Of a DNA stretch of 64,000 nt, positions 24,241 to 38,724 are shown piece after piece. A program made the translations under genes and the position numbers. Source of the stretch: Octopus vulgaris (taxonomy: Eukaryota); NCBI GenBank assembly GCA_951406725.2, contig OX597817.1, positions 84,816,001-84,880,000 on the forward strand, given 5' to 3'. How positions within the stretch are numbered: the stretch's first letter is position 1; each line of letters starts with the position of its first letter. The notes beneath the pieces were generated by a model, which saw nothing but the letters and a program-made list of their open reading frames with translations, did not search any database and was not told where the DNA came from.

Positions 24241-25680
24241 TCAGGTGCAAAAACTCAGAGCTGTCACCCTCAACATTGGTGTAGTGAAAGGTAGGTTCAG
24301 AGAGATTGTAGAAATGCTAAAGTGGAGGTGAGAGAATGTGTGCCATGTACAAAAAGAGAGAAGCCTCAGCAACTTTTCAAAGAAAAGGAGCAGAAGGTAT
24401 AAATTCTTGTAGATGAGTAACAGTGCTGGGGGAGGAGGATGAAATAGATATATTGTCAAAGAAATGGATAAAGTAATTGAGGTTAGAATATATAACAGAA
24501 TAATCAAACTTACACGAGTCATAAACAACATTTTTATGTGTATTATTACAATCAAGTCAATGCACCATTTCAGAAAACATCATTTTGCACGCAACTTTGA
24601 TAAAGAATGGCAATGACCTTGTTATCACAGCTGGTGACTTAAATGGACATGTTACATTATGATGGACAGTTTGGTGTATATGGAGGCTATGAATGCAGGA
24701 CAAGAGATGAAGAGAGATCAAAGATCTTATTAGAGTTGCGTGATGAAAATTACGTAATCATGTACTACACTAACTTCAGGAAATGTGAAAGGATCAGAGG
24801 TGTGAGGTATTGTGGACTGAAAAACAGTGTATCAGTATAGATCCTAAAGTTGTTGTGGAAAAGAGTGTACAGAATGACAATAATGTGCTTGCCCTTACTG
24901 ATGCTTAAAAGAAAAAGTTTTGGAAATGTAACTACAAGAACTTACTAAATAGAAAGTGTGATTGGAAAAAAGTTTTTTTTTTATTTAAATAGACCACTAG
25001 ACCACTGAGAACTATTGAAGTTAATCACTATATAGTTGAAAGTATAGTTAAAGATATCAAGACAAAAATAACAGCAGGATCACCAGGGATAATCACAGAG
25101 ATGTTGAAAGTATTTGGCGAAGGAGAGTATTTTCTCGTAACTCATACAATCAGACAATTGTCATATCCTATGGAGTGTGGAGGAGAATGTTCTTAATGGA
25201 TAGTACTCAGAACAGAACAGGGTGAAAAATGTCTAGGGAATTATTACTCAGGCCAGGAATATAGAGAGATTGTATGATAGTTGTGCACAAAGTGTGATGT
25301 TACATGGTAGTAAAACTTGAAATTTGAATGAATGCTGAGAAAGGGCAAACATGTTCTATTGGATGTGTAATGTTATTGTGAATAAACAATGGAGTGCAAA
25401 TAGTTTGGGAGAGAAAACTAAGAAGAATCAGCTACAGTGTGTAAGAGAGATGACTGCAATAGTATGGATATATGATGCAGATGACAGGTGGATACACAAG
25501 GGCCAGGCAATTAAAGGAAGAAACCTGTAAAATATGAAGATATGGGAGGAGAGTTAAAGCTAATTACAAGTTGCTAAACTTCATTAAGGAGATTCAAAAG
25601 ACTGACAAATAGGAAAGTGATGTACAGAAAGAACCACCCAACCCATGCAAGTATAGAACTACATGTGATGATAATGATTC
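24241..25680 (+). mobile_element. Heavily deleted RTE LINE
   Basis: LRAVTLNIGVVKGRFREIVEML (RTE endonuclease N-terminus), AGDLNGHV (~24630), YYTNFRK, RLYDSC..MLHGSKT-like (~25270-25315), and tail ACCCATGCAAGTATAGAA..GATGATAATGAT. Confidence 0.82.
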
Positions 25681-26959
25681 TAGATAAATGACAAAATTTA
25701 CAAGATGACAAAAGTGGAAACTGACACATTCAAACTTACAAAATGTAAAGACACCAGGCTCTTGTTGCCTTGGTTAACCTAACAGTATATCAATACCACT
25801 TCATTGTGAGCTAGGATGGGAACCAGCTGTGAAAATCAACACACCAACAATAATGCAAATATTTAAAATTTGTAGAACAAATTACCTCAGGATGGCAATG
25901 ATAAATATATATTTTATCTCATCATCTGCTACACGTTTGCTTAATCCTATGATTCACTGCAACAATAAGAGACTCCCCAATGACTCATCTTTAAGGATTA
26001 CTTAAAAAGAGAATATTAGAATTGTTTTCCCCATTGCTTTTAGATGGTCTACAGAATTAGAACTCAAACTAGTAATCTAATAAAACAAAGCAATCCTGCT
26101 ATTTACAATGGGAAATATTTTATCAACTCATGATAACTATTTACAGGTAAGAATTAAATGTGTTGATCACAGACAGGACAACATCAATTACAGAATATGA
26201 ACTGTTAAACTTTTGGTTGGTAAGTCAATACACTACCAACATGGCCAGTTTTCTCTACATTAAACATACCAGGATATAAAACTTGAGCTTAAGGTTTTAT
26301 AGTTACTTTAACCATAAATAATTATATACATAGACATGTATTTAAATTCATTCTACTCAACTACCAGAGCCTTTTAAATGACAGTTATAAGAAAGATGAT
26401 GAAAGTGAAATAATCTACTTCATTTATGACATGTAAATGACTTAAAATGTTAGAGTATATATATTAATTGCTGAGAAAATGTTTATGTAATAAAGCCTGT
26501 TGATATATACAAATTCCTGTTTATATAGAAAAATATTCAATTCATTAAATATATAATCAAAGAATAATTTAAATAAAAGAGAACATGAACTGAAACAATA
26601 GGCATATTTTTCAAAACACTTTTTCAAAATGTTGCTGTTAGCTAGCTTTTAGTAAATTGGATTGTTTACAACCACTGCTTGAAGAAGACTCTCACATCCA
26701 GCTAATACAGTTTTCATATTGCACATCAACAATAAGTAATTTTCAACAATTAAAAACAATGCAAAAAACAAATTTCGTAATAATTTCATAATTATTATCA
26801 ACACAAAAAATAATTTTTACGCATTGTATAAACTTTTTTTTTTCAAGGAGAGAGGGATGTACACCTTGCCTGAAGTGGAATATTTGGGTTTGTTGTGCAA
26901 GTATTTATAAGATTCATATTGATTTTGAAGAGCTGAAAACATTAGTAAAAAGCGAAAAA

Positions 26960-27830
26960 AAAAAAAAATTAAGGAACATAAGACATAAAAGCAGTGTTGT
27001 TGTGGGATGTGACAAAGAATGATTGTAAATATTGTTGGTACACAACCTTGGATGGATGAGCTAATGGTGATAAGATGTAGCAGTGACATGTATAGTAATA
27101 ACAATAATAAAATATTGCAACAGAAGTAATCAACTAATTCAATAGGACATTAAAGGAAGGATATAAAGTGAGGACACAACACAGGAATGAAGCAAAAAAC
27201 TTAATAGATTTAGAAGCAAAGGACATGAAAATGTTGGTGAGAAATAGTGATGCAACTGATTGAAAGAGAAGTTTGGTTTGAATAACCTTCTTCTAAATCA
27301 AGTGAGAGTGTTGCTGATTGAAAAGAAAGCCATTTATATGGGGGTGGCCCAGCACAACATATGTTGAAAGGAAAATGGTGATGAGTAACAGAGGATAGTG
27401 GAGTTACAATATAACTGACTGGAATTTGAAATGAAAGAAATACATTCGTTTATGAAAAAGGTAAGAAAAAAATGAGAGGGTTTTATGCAAAACTCTGCAA
27501 AAGCTACTTTGATTACTGAGAATGAAAAGGAAGACATGAAGATTCAGTTGAAAGTAGTTCTCACAACCTTTCAAGATATTAGAGAAGTTGGAGTTATTCT
27601 CTTGCTTAGGGAGATGAAAAAAAATCAATTTCAGGATATACCATTAAAAAATAATCCAAGGGGAATGAAAAATTGAATATACTCTGCAGAAGAAAATAGC
27701 TAATTCAGAGTGGGAGAGAGACTGGACAAACCTGAAGGTAGTGTACAGGTTAGCATATAGTGTGGCTAAGCAAAGAGTAGAAATGAGTGATAAAGATACT
27801 AGTTGTACAGAAATATTTGATGTCATTAAT
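26960..27830 (+). mobile_element. Very decayed LINE fragment, probably RTE
   Basis: Purine-rich block with patchy similarity to the reverse complement of the 4978-8277 element. No intact motif. Confidence 0.4.
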
Positions 27831-28529
27831 AAACATCTATTTCTTATTTAATCCTACAAGTATAATTATCAAAGTAACCCACAATGTTTTACTTTTAAAG
27901 GATCAATTAATTTTACAATGCAAGTAATTAGCAATAATAGAAGTGGAGCATCACAGTAAAATAAGTTTAGCGCAAAAAAAAAAAAGGAGAAAGATAAATA
28001 ATAAGGTACAACAGCAGCTGTGATACAGTGGGCTTAAGACAACAGAAGCAACATGAAATAATACTGCCAAATTCATTGGATGGATGGATTATTGGACAAA
28101 TTAAGCTAAGAATTATACCAAACATGCATATTACCAAGTTGTATTATTAAAACAGTCACATGGTTTTGTCTTCTTTTGACAAGGACTTTAATCAAGAATA
28201 TTGATAGAAATTGAGAGATGTGAAAATTACAAAATTATTAATCTTCCCACTCACAGGTATCACTTATTCCATTAGATTAATCATAATAAACCATTCCCTT
28301 TTTTTACAAAAAAAGTTGAACAATTATTTATATTATACACACACACATGTGCATATATGTATATACATACACATGCAAATATATATGTTCACACATGATA
28401 GTATTTATGCATGTCACTTAAGTGTGTGTATAGAAATCGGAGAATAAATCTGACACAGAGGAAGCAAGCAATACGTGATGATGTCTTTGACATGTAGTAG
28501 AATATTCCTGAAGAAAATAAAGTAATAGT

Positions 28530-28742
28530 TCTTTCTAATTTTGGCACAAGGCCAGCAATTTTGAGGGAAGGGGAAAATCAAGTACACTGACCCCCATGCT
28601 TGACAGGTACTTTATTTTATCATCCCTGAAAGGATGAAAGGCAAAGTTGACCATGTCAGGATTTGAACTCAGAATGTAAAGAGTCAGAAGAAATGCCACT
28701 AAGCATTTTGTCCGATGTGCTAACAATTCAACTCAGCACCTT
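28530..28742 (-). mobile_element. tRNA-derived SINE, second family
   Basis: GGCACAAGGCCAGCAATTTT..GGTACTTTATTTTATC..AAAGGATGAAAGGCAAAGTTGACC..GGATTTGAACTCAG (B-box-like on minus). Confidence 0.88.
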
Positions 28743-31700
28743 AAAATCTACTAATAATATTGATAACTAAAGTTATATGCATTGTCAATTCCATAATTCT
28801 AATTAAAAGAGATGATAAATTAACTTGCACTGAATATGTGATTTGTGCAAAAAAATTAATAACTAGCAATCTCATACAAAACAGTGTTATTAAGGATTCA
28901 AAGTTGTTTTACATCAAACAAATGTATTTAATGAACTAGAAATACATTTTAAATTATTAGTTAATGGAGTAAATCTTTAAAGATGAGAGACATTTAAAAG
29001 TAAAAGTTAAGAATGACCAATTATTTGTATAATTAATACATTAATTGATTATCAAATGAAAGGTCAAATACAACTGCTAGGGTTGATGTCATCTGCTTGA
29101 AGTTTATTATTTAATGAAATTTTCTAAGATATATTCCAACTATGATATAACTGAAAATGACATTTTTTAATTTCAGCAATAAAAAAAAATCAATAAAAAT
29201 AGTCTACAACATCACACAATTGGAAAAAAACCAATATAGGCTTGTTATTACCATCTACATATGTATTACTGTAATATCTGAGTTTATTGTGAAATGTCAT
29301 CTTAAACAAAATGAGTCTTGAGTTTAGGAGATACCTTTTACCTTTAGTACCAAATCCTTTGACATTTACTTCTGATGAATATGTCCATGACAGATAAAGT
29401 ATAAAAGAATGTTACTGATGAAAAATGTAGAGTGCAAGCACTAGAGTATTTTAAGTTTAGCTAAGCCACACATAGAGGAAGTTAATGTTAATGCATGTAG
29501 AGTAACAGCATTGGTTACTGAAGGTGACTGAAATAGTGTGAGGTAGTCCTACCTACAGTAATGTCCTTGTTGGGATTTCAGGTCCTCCAAAACTTCATAA
29601 GAATAACACTTCTTCACCCATTAGCAGTCAATACTCAAAAGAATATATAGGAAATAGTCTAAATGAATATAACTTCATAATTAATGAAGGAAAAAAAAAT
29701 TTTTTAAAGTGGTTTTGGTGTAACTGATAAAAACTTTAATTGCCTAAAAAAAATATTTCCAATTACAAGATAGTGATATACTTAAACTAACTCTCACACA
29801 GATACAAGACTACAATACATTTTATTTTAAAAGATTATTTATTGAAATCTTAAATACTTATGTAGTAAAATTAAAATTGAAATATTTGTTAATATCCAAA
29901 GTAGTTTTGAATTTACAAGTGAAGAAATATTAGCAAAGTTTCTTTGTATTAAATTATCCTTTTACATTGTTGGTAGACTATGGCATTTTTTATAATATGT
30001 AATATCTGTAGACAATACAATATATATTTAAAAATAAGTTCACCAGAAAATTAGTTTTAAAAGAATGTATTCAAATATTTTATTCAATCAATAAAGAAAA
30101 CACTAACCTATTGATTTACACACTTAATATGAGAACATTTTATTGACCTAAGAAGCCTATTTGAAGCTCTTTCAATTATTTGGAAAAGGTTTCAATACTT
30201 ACAAAATGCAATAATATTATTCTAAAGTTATTGCATCTGAGGTTTATATAAATGAATTGATACAAGATTAATACCAGCATTAAAATAACTACTAACAAAT
30301 ACTGAAATCTCATAGAAAGTTAAACAAATATATGATAAATGCAACATGCAAATGTTTGGAAATGTTGACAGAACTTTACTGAAATATGGGATTTCTTTGA
30401 AAAAACAAATACAAAAAAAAAAAAAATTCCATTCTGGACATCTTAGATTTTAAACTATAAACTGTATTAAAAATCAATATAATTAATAATTTAATATATG
30501 CACTTGAAAGAGCTTTAAATGACAATACCGATGAATACACAAATGTTGAATGGTACTAGCTGTAATATGCTGTCTCAGAGAAAATTTCTCAAAGAGACTT
30601 GTGTGTGAAGAACACAGACTTGTAGATTTCTTAAGTTCTTGATGAGAAATCAAAAGACCTGAACCTACTGATTTCGAAACCTTTACAGAAATAGAAGATA
30701 CTGTATTTATATAAATGCTTTACTCTATATCCTAAATTTTTAAACCCTGCCTTGCATGACTAATCTCTCAATTCCTTTGGACTCAGTACTTTATCCAGAT
30801 TTAAATAGTCCTGTGTACATGTATACATGATAATCTTATATCATATCAATCAACTGTTTCTCTTAATGAATGTAACTACCCTTATTTTTTACAATCTTTC
30901 TACAGTTAGTAACATTAATTGCCCTTCCATTGTATTGGTCTTATTTTTCACAATCTTTCAATATTAATGTGCAAAATTAATGTTCAATAACCTTAATTTT
31001 ATTATCTTTGTAGAGTTTTGAATAGAAAATCTTATATTTAGTTCTGAACTTACTCCAATGGTTTAAAATAGAATACAGGAAAGCTTAAATCCATATTTCT
31101 TTCAACAACTTTTTGTCCCTGTCAATTCCTTTTTTTAAATTAAACTTTATTTTGCCAAGTTCACAGTCATCAATAAACTATATATGAAGTGTCTAAATGT
31201 TAGCTGTTCAGTGAAATCTTAACTAGGACCTGTTTATGTAGTAAATAATCTCAGTATATATTAGACAAAATAACTATTGCTGTTTGGTTACATCTCTTTA
31301 CATTTGGGTGCAAATCCCACCCAGTTCCAATTTGCCTTTTATACTTCCAAGGTCAATAAGAGAGAACCAGGGATGAGGTAATAGATTATTAAATGATGCT
31401 TAAGCATGGTCAAGTTCCAATAATTGAAACCAATTTTTTAACCAATTACAATTAGTCTTATAGCATCATGCTGTTATATTTTCTTCGAACTTAGTGTTTT
31501 ACTAACAATAATCAAAATTATTTTTGTAAGGTATGTGAATGAAAGAAAAAGAAAGAGCACTAAAATAATTATCTCCACTTGTAAATATATTTTCTGACAA
31601 ATTCAATTTATTGAAAATATTACCTGGTTTCTTTACGAAATAACAGAAAAAAAATAGATAACAAATAATAAAATGTGAAATAAAAAGCACTTAAAAAAAT

Positions 31701-31817
31701 TTTTTTTTGTTTTGGATAACCAATGGTTGCTAGTTTGAAAAATTTTGTCTATAAGAAATGCCTTATTAGAAATAAAGGGCTACTGGCTCTTATACATCAT
31801 TCTACTATATATAACAT

Positions 31818-31876
<59 letters not shown>

Positions 31877-31917
31877 TCATACAATGTATTACTTACAAAC
31901 TTGAAAGGAAATCTGTA

Positions 31918-32156
31918 TAAACCCTTTTGATATCAATTACCAGCCAGCCTAAGACCACCCCTAAGTTTATGACACAAACTTACTGTTTTAAAGTAATCTA
32001 AATTAAAAGTTTCCATCAAAAGTTTTCTGTTAGATTTATGTTTCAAACACCAACATAATAATGACAAAATTATTTTACTAAATTCTTCATTATTTTCAAA
32101 ATTATTTGAAACAAAGGCAGTGTATTTCAACAGAAATATTGGTAACAAAAGATTAA
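31918..32156. mobile_element. MITE with TTAA-like ends (piggyBac-like, decayed)
   Basis: TAAACCCTTTTGATATCAA at left and TTGGTAACAAAAGATTAA at right form imperfect TIRs. Second partial copy at 13945-14046. Confidence 0.65.
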
Positions 32157-32760
32157 AAGTGATAAAGGATGTTTTAAGATAATACATAATTTTCATTTGG
32201 TGTGATGGTAAATTTGGATGGATATTTCAAATATACAGCATATGAAATAAAGGGAGAAAGAAAAAGATAAAAACGGAGTTTGGTATCAAAAAATCTTTTT
32301 TTGCAAGTAGATTATAAACTTGCAAATTATTTTCAAATATTCTCTTTTCTAAATGTATTTGCAAAGTTGAAGCTAGTACAAACATATATTTTATAACTAC
32401 AAAAAATATATAAGGCAACAAATATATATATTTTATTACAGAAAAAAAAATAATAACTGAAAGAATTTCTTTCCAGTTGAGGTTTTTTTTTGTTTTCTAA
32501 TTCATAGATTCATTTTTTTAAATCTCTTGTTAACAGATAATGTGGAATGTTTTGAAAATACAAGCAACCATTTAAAAAAAAATATGCATAGTAAAGAATT
32601 ACTCCACTATTCTCATTGATTAATACATTAAAAACAACTTACATATACATAATCCCTATTTTATATATATGTTTGTGTGTACATGTGTGACTTTGTGTTG
32701 GTGTGTGTGTATGTAAAAGGGAACATGACTGCATATGTGCTTACACATAAACATATAGGA

Positions 32761-32805
<45 letters not shown>

Positions 32806-32889
32806 TACACACACACATAGATACAAATGTGTGTGTATATATAAAAACATATTTACGCACATACACACACACACACACTACACATATCA

Positions 32890-33065
32890 TCACGACTATC
32901 AGCATCATTTTATACCTCCACTTCATGCTGGCATTGGTTGGACAGCCTGACCAGGATTTGGCAAATCGGAAGAACATGTTATACTCCAATATCTCTGTTT
33001 TGGCATTGTTTCTATATCTCAATGCCTTTGTTAATCCCAGCCCCTTTACAGATAGTACTTATTAC
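32890..33065 (-). mobile_element. RTE 3'-tail fragment
   Basis: CATGCTGGCATTGGTTGGACAG..TCTGTTTTGGCAT matches 4990-5110. Confidence 0.65.
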
Positions 33066-33801
33066 TTTTTCTCCTATGAAATGAAATAAAATTAGAAAAA
33101 ATAAATAGAAAATAACATGGATGTTCAGTAGATGTTTAACTATCATAAACATTAAACTTTAGCACAGTTTAAAGTTTAACATTTAATACAGTTAAACCCA
33201 CTGTCACTCATGCAGCTTAAGTAATAGAGTCAGGCACTATTGTGAAGGCTGCAATAACTTATAGTCCTTATTCATTTAGAGACCAATTTCAGAGGCTACT
33301 TTCCTACTGATTATTTCCTCATTTTCTGGCATTATTACTATTGCTTTATTATCTTTATTCTATTTTATTTTTTTACTTCCTATATTTTATTTCTTCCTGC
33401 TTCCACCCATCCCTTCTATTCTGAGTTTCTTTTGCACTTCTGTTCTTGATTCTCTAACCTATTATAAGAGATGCTTTGAAGTTTGTAAATTATGTTTTTA
33501 AAATTCTTGATAATGTGATTCTTATGTTCTATATAATTACATTATAATCATATATGACTATTATTATGATGCAACATAAGTGTTATTAACAGCTATAAGA
33601 GGAATGAGCATTTTGAAATACCACTGATTTTGTTTTCTGCTGTTTTTCATTCACTCTCTCTCTCTCTCTCACACACACACTTTATTTCTGGGTGGCGGTA
33701 GTCTGGTTAACCCACAAATAAATAATATTTATCCACCAATGCAGTGTTGACATTTCATTCTTATTTCTTCATTATTAACGTATGTGCACATGTGTGTGTG
33801 C

Positions 33802-33837
<36 letters not shown>

Positions 33838-33840
33838 ATG

Positions 33841-33872
<32 letters not shown>

Positions 33873-33949
33873 TACATACATACATACATACATACATACA
33901 CACACACATATTTATATATATATGCACACACTAATACTCACATGTACAT

Positions 33950-34540
33950 GAATCATCATCATCATTGATGTTGACATCTAGTTTTCTATGCTTGTATGGG
34001 TCAGATGAAACTATGTTAGGGGATAAATTTCTATGGCTGGATGCACTTCTTAATACTAACCCTCACCTGTTACTAAGTGAGGTAATAACCTCACAGTCTA
34101 TCAAACAAGAAACTGGGTATCAATGGTTACATGGGAAACTGGCAAAAAATGTCAACATTTGTAATAACAGTGAAATGTTACAACCATCCTCCACCTATTC
34201 TGATGTCATTGGTCACTTATTCAAATGTACACATTTTAATTTATGGAGTACTCACTATACCTATATTAACACCCCCATTCTTCACCTCTAAAATGTGCAT
34301 TTCAGGCCTTTCTACCATCATAGTTTCCTTTCTAAATTTACATTTATTGTGCACAAGGTAACCTGCTACACACCTACTCTGCATAGTATTTGGCATAAGG
34401 AAGGACATCCAGTGGTAGAAGACAAACCAAATGATTTGTTTGAGTATATAGCCCTTTGGAGCAGAATCTCCCAATGAGAAGCAACTTGACTGTAACAACC
34501 CATCCAGCTTATGTCAGCATAAGTAGCCATGAAAAATATA
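33950..34540. mobile_element. Cluster of RTE-tail and RTE fragments in both orientations
   Basis: Minus tail CATCATCATCATTGATGTTGACATC..TTTCTATGGCTGGATGC (33950-34085) and plus tail TTGGCATAAGGAAGGACATCCAG (34390-34530). Confidence 0.55.
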
Positions 34541-34599
34541 TGTACATACATCTATACATGCAAATTCACACATATATACATTTTATAAACATACATAAA

Positions 34600-34642
<43 letters not shown>

Positions 34643-34760
34643 ATACACACAGATATATACCTATTTATAAACACACACATATGTGCATACACACATATAT
34701 GTAAACAAATACACATATACATATGCACATTTGCAAACATATATACATTGCAAATATATA

Positions 34761-34970
34761 CTTTTATTCTTTTACTTGTTTTAGTCATTTGACTGCAGCC
34801 ATGCTGGAGCACTGCCTTTAGTCGAGCAAATTGACCCAGGATTTATTTTTCTTTGTAAGCCTAGTATTTATTGTATCGTTCTCTTTTACTGAACTGCTAA
34901 GTTACGGGGAACATAAACACACTAACATCAGTTGTCAAGCAATGGTGGAAGGACAAACATACACACAAAT

Positions 34971-35005
<35 letters not shown>

Positions 35006-35165
35006 ACGGGCTTCTTTCAGTTTCCGTCTACCAATTCTACTCACAAAGCTTCGGTCAGCCTGAGGTTATAGAAGGTGACACTTGCCCAAGGTGCCATGCA
35101 GTGGGACTGAACTCAGAATCATGTGGTTGGGAAGCAAGCTTCTTACTACAGTCATTCCTGTGCCT
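34761..35165 (-). mobile_element. Near full-length tRNA-derived SINE, first family
   Basis: Minus head AAGAAGCTTGCTTCCCAACCACATGATTCTGAGTTCAGTCCCACTGC (A/B-box-like), internal microsatellite, tail GCTCCAGCATGGCTGCAGTCAAATGACTAAAACAAGTAAAAG. Colinear with 36399-36750. Confidence 0.92.
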
Positions 35166-36344
35166 ATATATAAATACATACACAAATATATATGTATACA
35201 TGTAAACATATATATCAGCCATATAATATCCAATCCCCATACACACATTGCATCTAACACATTGTATCTTCCAGGTTTTTTGTTACTCCACTCTTTGAGG
35301 AGCTTCTGTCACAAAACTTGAAAGTCATATTCAACTTTTCATTTAAATAAAAATAGACTACACATTTACATGGAGTCCTTAAAGTATACGTATATTTGAA
35401 GGATGTTTTTACAACCATAAAAACTGCTGTGATCAATAATTAAGGGACTCACAACAAATATAGATATTTTTGATAATTTTTTTGACAGTTCTTTGTAGTT
35501 TGCCAACAGTTGGTGTAATCAGGCTGTCAGATAGGCCAATTAAGAGCAAAACTTTGAAGTCACTGTCAATATGCATGTGTGTGTGTGTATGTATATATTG
35601 ATATTTGCATGTCAATATATATATATATATATATGTACATTTGTATATATTATACACACATCTATAGATAGATACATATAAGAAATATGCAGTTTACATC
35701 ACTAGTCATGGAATCTTAATGTTTTAATTTTAGAAGTAGGGCTTCTAAAATTTTAAAATGCTTCAGTAATCTCTATTCATGATAAAATGTTGGAAATCAT
35801 TTATAAAATATGTAAAAGATACTATTTCTGAACATTGCATTTGTATTGAGAGTCTGGCTTAAATTGTAACTGTAGCTCCTCAATATACTTCCAATGATAT
35901 TTGATGGGAGAATTATGTTTGGAGCCATACAGTTTTTAACAGAGTTAAGACCAAGTCCACTGATTGAATCATTGACAAGCTAAAAGTTCTTGTAGCTGTC
36001 ACAAAATATCACATGAATATTTATTAAAAGTTTAATTGCTCCATTTGCAGTAATAGTGAAATGTAAATGTCAACTGCAAAAATTCATACTGGTAGGATTA
36101 TATTTAGGTCTGTAGTATTTATTATTAGGAATACACATGCTTTTAATAACTATGCTTTAAATGAATTATTATTACTAAGAGAATCATTGCTCTGTAAGTA
36201 GTTTTCTACAAGTTATTTTAATAAAAATATACCTTTATACACATACACATATATCTATATAATATATATAGTATAAAATATATATAATGTAATATATATA
36301 ATATAATGTGCGTGTGTGTGTGTGTATTTACATGTCTATGTATG

Positions 36345-36396
<52 letters not shown>

Positions 36397-36398
36397 CA

Positions 36399-36750
36399 CC
36401 TTTACTTGTTTGTCATTTGACTGTGGCCATGCTGGAGCACCGCCTTTAGTCAAACAGATCACCCCCCCCCCCCGGACTTATTCTTTGTAAGCCTAGAACT
36501 TATTCTATCGGTCCCTTTGCCGAACTGCTAAGTTATGGGGGAACAAACGTATACACAAATATACATATATATATATATATATATACATACATACATATAT
36601 ATATAATGGGCTTCTTTCAGTTTCTGCCTACCAAATCCATTCATAAAGCTTTGGTCAGCCCAAGGCTATAGTAGAAGCACTTGCCCAAAGTGCCAAGCAG
36701 TGAGACTTAACCTGGAACCATGTGGTTGGGAAGCAAGCGTCTTACCGCAC
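36399..36750 (-). mobile_element. tRNA-derived SINE, first family
   Basis: Highly similar to 34761-35165 (CCATGCTGGAGCAC.GCCTTTAGTC, GGGCTTCTTTCAGTTTC.G.CTACCAA, CATGTGGTTGGGAAGCAAGC). Confidence 0.92.
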
Positions 36751-37172
36751 ACACACACACATATATATTCACACACTAATATATATAATGTAATAGATAT
36801 ATCAATTAACTTATCTGAAATATAGGACTACATTTTCCAATGTATCCTTTCCTATTTAAGATGGTACGGTATGATTTAGGGAAAATTTGGCTGCCATATC
36901 TTGTCAGACCTGGACAGAAGTTTAACTTTATTGACTCAAATTTTGTTCTTGTGTATTCCCAGATCAGTCATAATCAAAGACAACTATGATGAAAGGTGAT
37001 TCAGTCATGACAACCCTGTCATCTCTATATCAAGAACAATATTGTTCAGTATAACCTTTAGAACTATAGGCAGGGTGCAATTTAGGAGATTTGGCAGCTA
37101 TTTTTATCAGATCAAGTGACCACAAGTCAGTTACCTGTTTTTTTCCTCTTCTTTCTTCTGCCTTGTACTTTC

Positions 37173-37280
37173 TAGGTGGCTGTACTAACTGACAATTCAG
37201 GTTGTTACTTTATACATTCTCTTTCATATCTTCAGAGTAGGTGGCTGAACTAACTGACAATTCAGCTCATTACTTCTATG
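37173..37280. repeat. Short local direct duplication, 65-bp period
   Basis: TAGGTGGCTG(T/A)ACTAACTGACAATTCAG at 37173 and 37238. Confidence 0.85.
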
Positions 37281-38724
37281 AAGTGGTTATCTTTAAAGAC
37301 TTGTCACTTTTGATTGATTTACAGAGGCTGATGGAAAGAGAGGTGTTCTTCAGCTACAAATATTCATAACAACACCTTAAAATCATTATTAAGTTGTTGA
37401 GTAGATAGCCAGTTCACTTGATTTACATTATCTAGTTTTGGCCATCACAGTTTAAAACTCACATTTCAATGGAGGCCAGCCTTGCACTTCATGCATCCAG
37501 ATTGGGTAAATAACTTTAAGTAATAATTTTAAATGTAAATTGAATTGATATGCCCTGTCACAAACAGAAAATGACTTTGTACCGAGTCAAAAAAAACTGT
37601 TAATGTGTGTTGCTGCTATTTTCTTAGGATAATGGAACTGGTACAAATGCAAATAATAAAAAATGAAAATAATAATATCAAAAAAAGATTAATTTGTTTG
37701 ATATTTAATTCACTACCTCATCATTGTAACTGCAAGTCTTAGTAAGGGAATGAATTTACTTTTCATATATGTGAATTTTGATAAAAGCAGCACCAAGTAA
37801 CACTGTTAGGTAAATTCAATTGTCCCCCATAAATTTGGCCTTGTGCCTAAGGAAGAAATCCTTATTGCGATCATTACTATTGTTAAAAGAATTAGACTGC
37901 TTTGTTTTCCAGTAATTTTGATGAGGTAATTCAGTTTCTTTAAATTTGTAATTGTATTTGGAGGTGTCTGTGTGTGTGGGGAATTTAAATAGAAAAAAAT
38001 TCGATGAACTTTAAAAGAAATTTATTAAAATTATAAAATGTTAACTAAATTGTCAATTTTTAAAACATTTGTGTAATGTTACACAAAGCAGGTTTTTGTT
38101 TTCGCAATATCACCAATTTCTTTGTTTATTGACCTGTTTGCTGTCCAAGTAGTTAAATGGAAAGACCATTATATTGGCATTCAGTATTCACAAGTTCTTA
38201 ACAGTATCCAATATAGAATCTTCCTGCCTCAAAATAAATATATATGCAAGAATATACATGTATCACAAGACTTACTTTGTTGTTTTTTTTTTTTTCAATT
38301 GATATGTTTTCTGTTCTTCTTTTAAGCCAATGCTTTGGAATATATACAATATACAATGACAGCTAACAAGTTTTATGGAGAAAAAAAAAAAACCCAGATA
38401 ACAGGAATCCCCCCTCCCTAAAAAAAAAAAAGAAAAGATTTTCTCTACCATTATATCAATGGTGTCAGCAAATTTACCACTTAGAAAATCTTAAGGTGAA
38501 TATTGCACATAACAATATCCTGGAAATACTTTAAAATGGAATTTCCTATTCTTTTAAAAAAAGGACTTGGATATAGCAATTAGAGCAAAATTTCACTTGT
38601 GTACAAGGTAAAAAAAAAAAAATCATTAACTGTTGTCTTTTACTCATCAGTGTCAATCAGAGAAGTGGAATGTAAAATGTGGAAAATCTAGTACAAACTA
38701 TAATATAAGTGAATATCCACAAAC

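Larger units (their letters stand above)
13070..38724 (-). other. 25.6-kb GT-AG intron of the furin-like gene
   Basis: Joining 38725 to 13069 gives YTCAGESPSSRVCI|ECRVGFY, restoring the CxxC of the first furin repeat in frame, so no constitutive exon is required in between. Confidence 0.8.

Noticed and set aside
29539-29557. TGAGGTAGT matching the let-7 5' end
   Set aside because: The match stops after 9 nt and forms only a tiny local hairpin, not a pre-miRNA.
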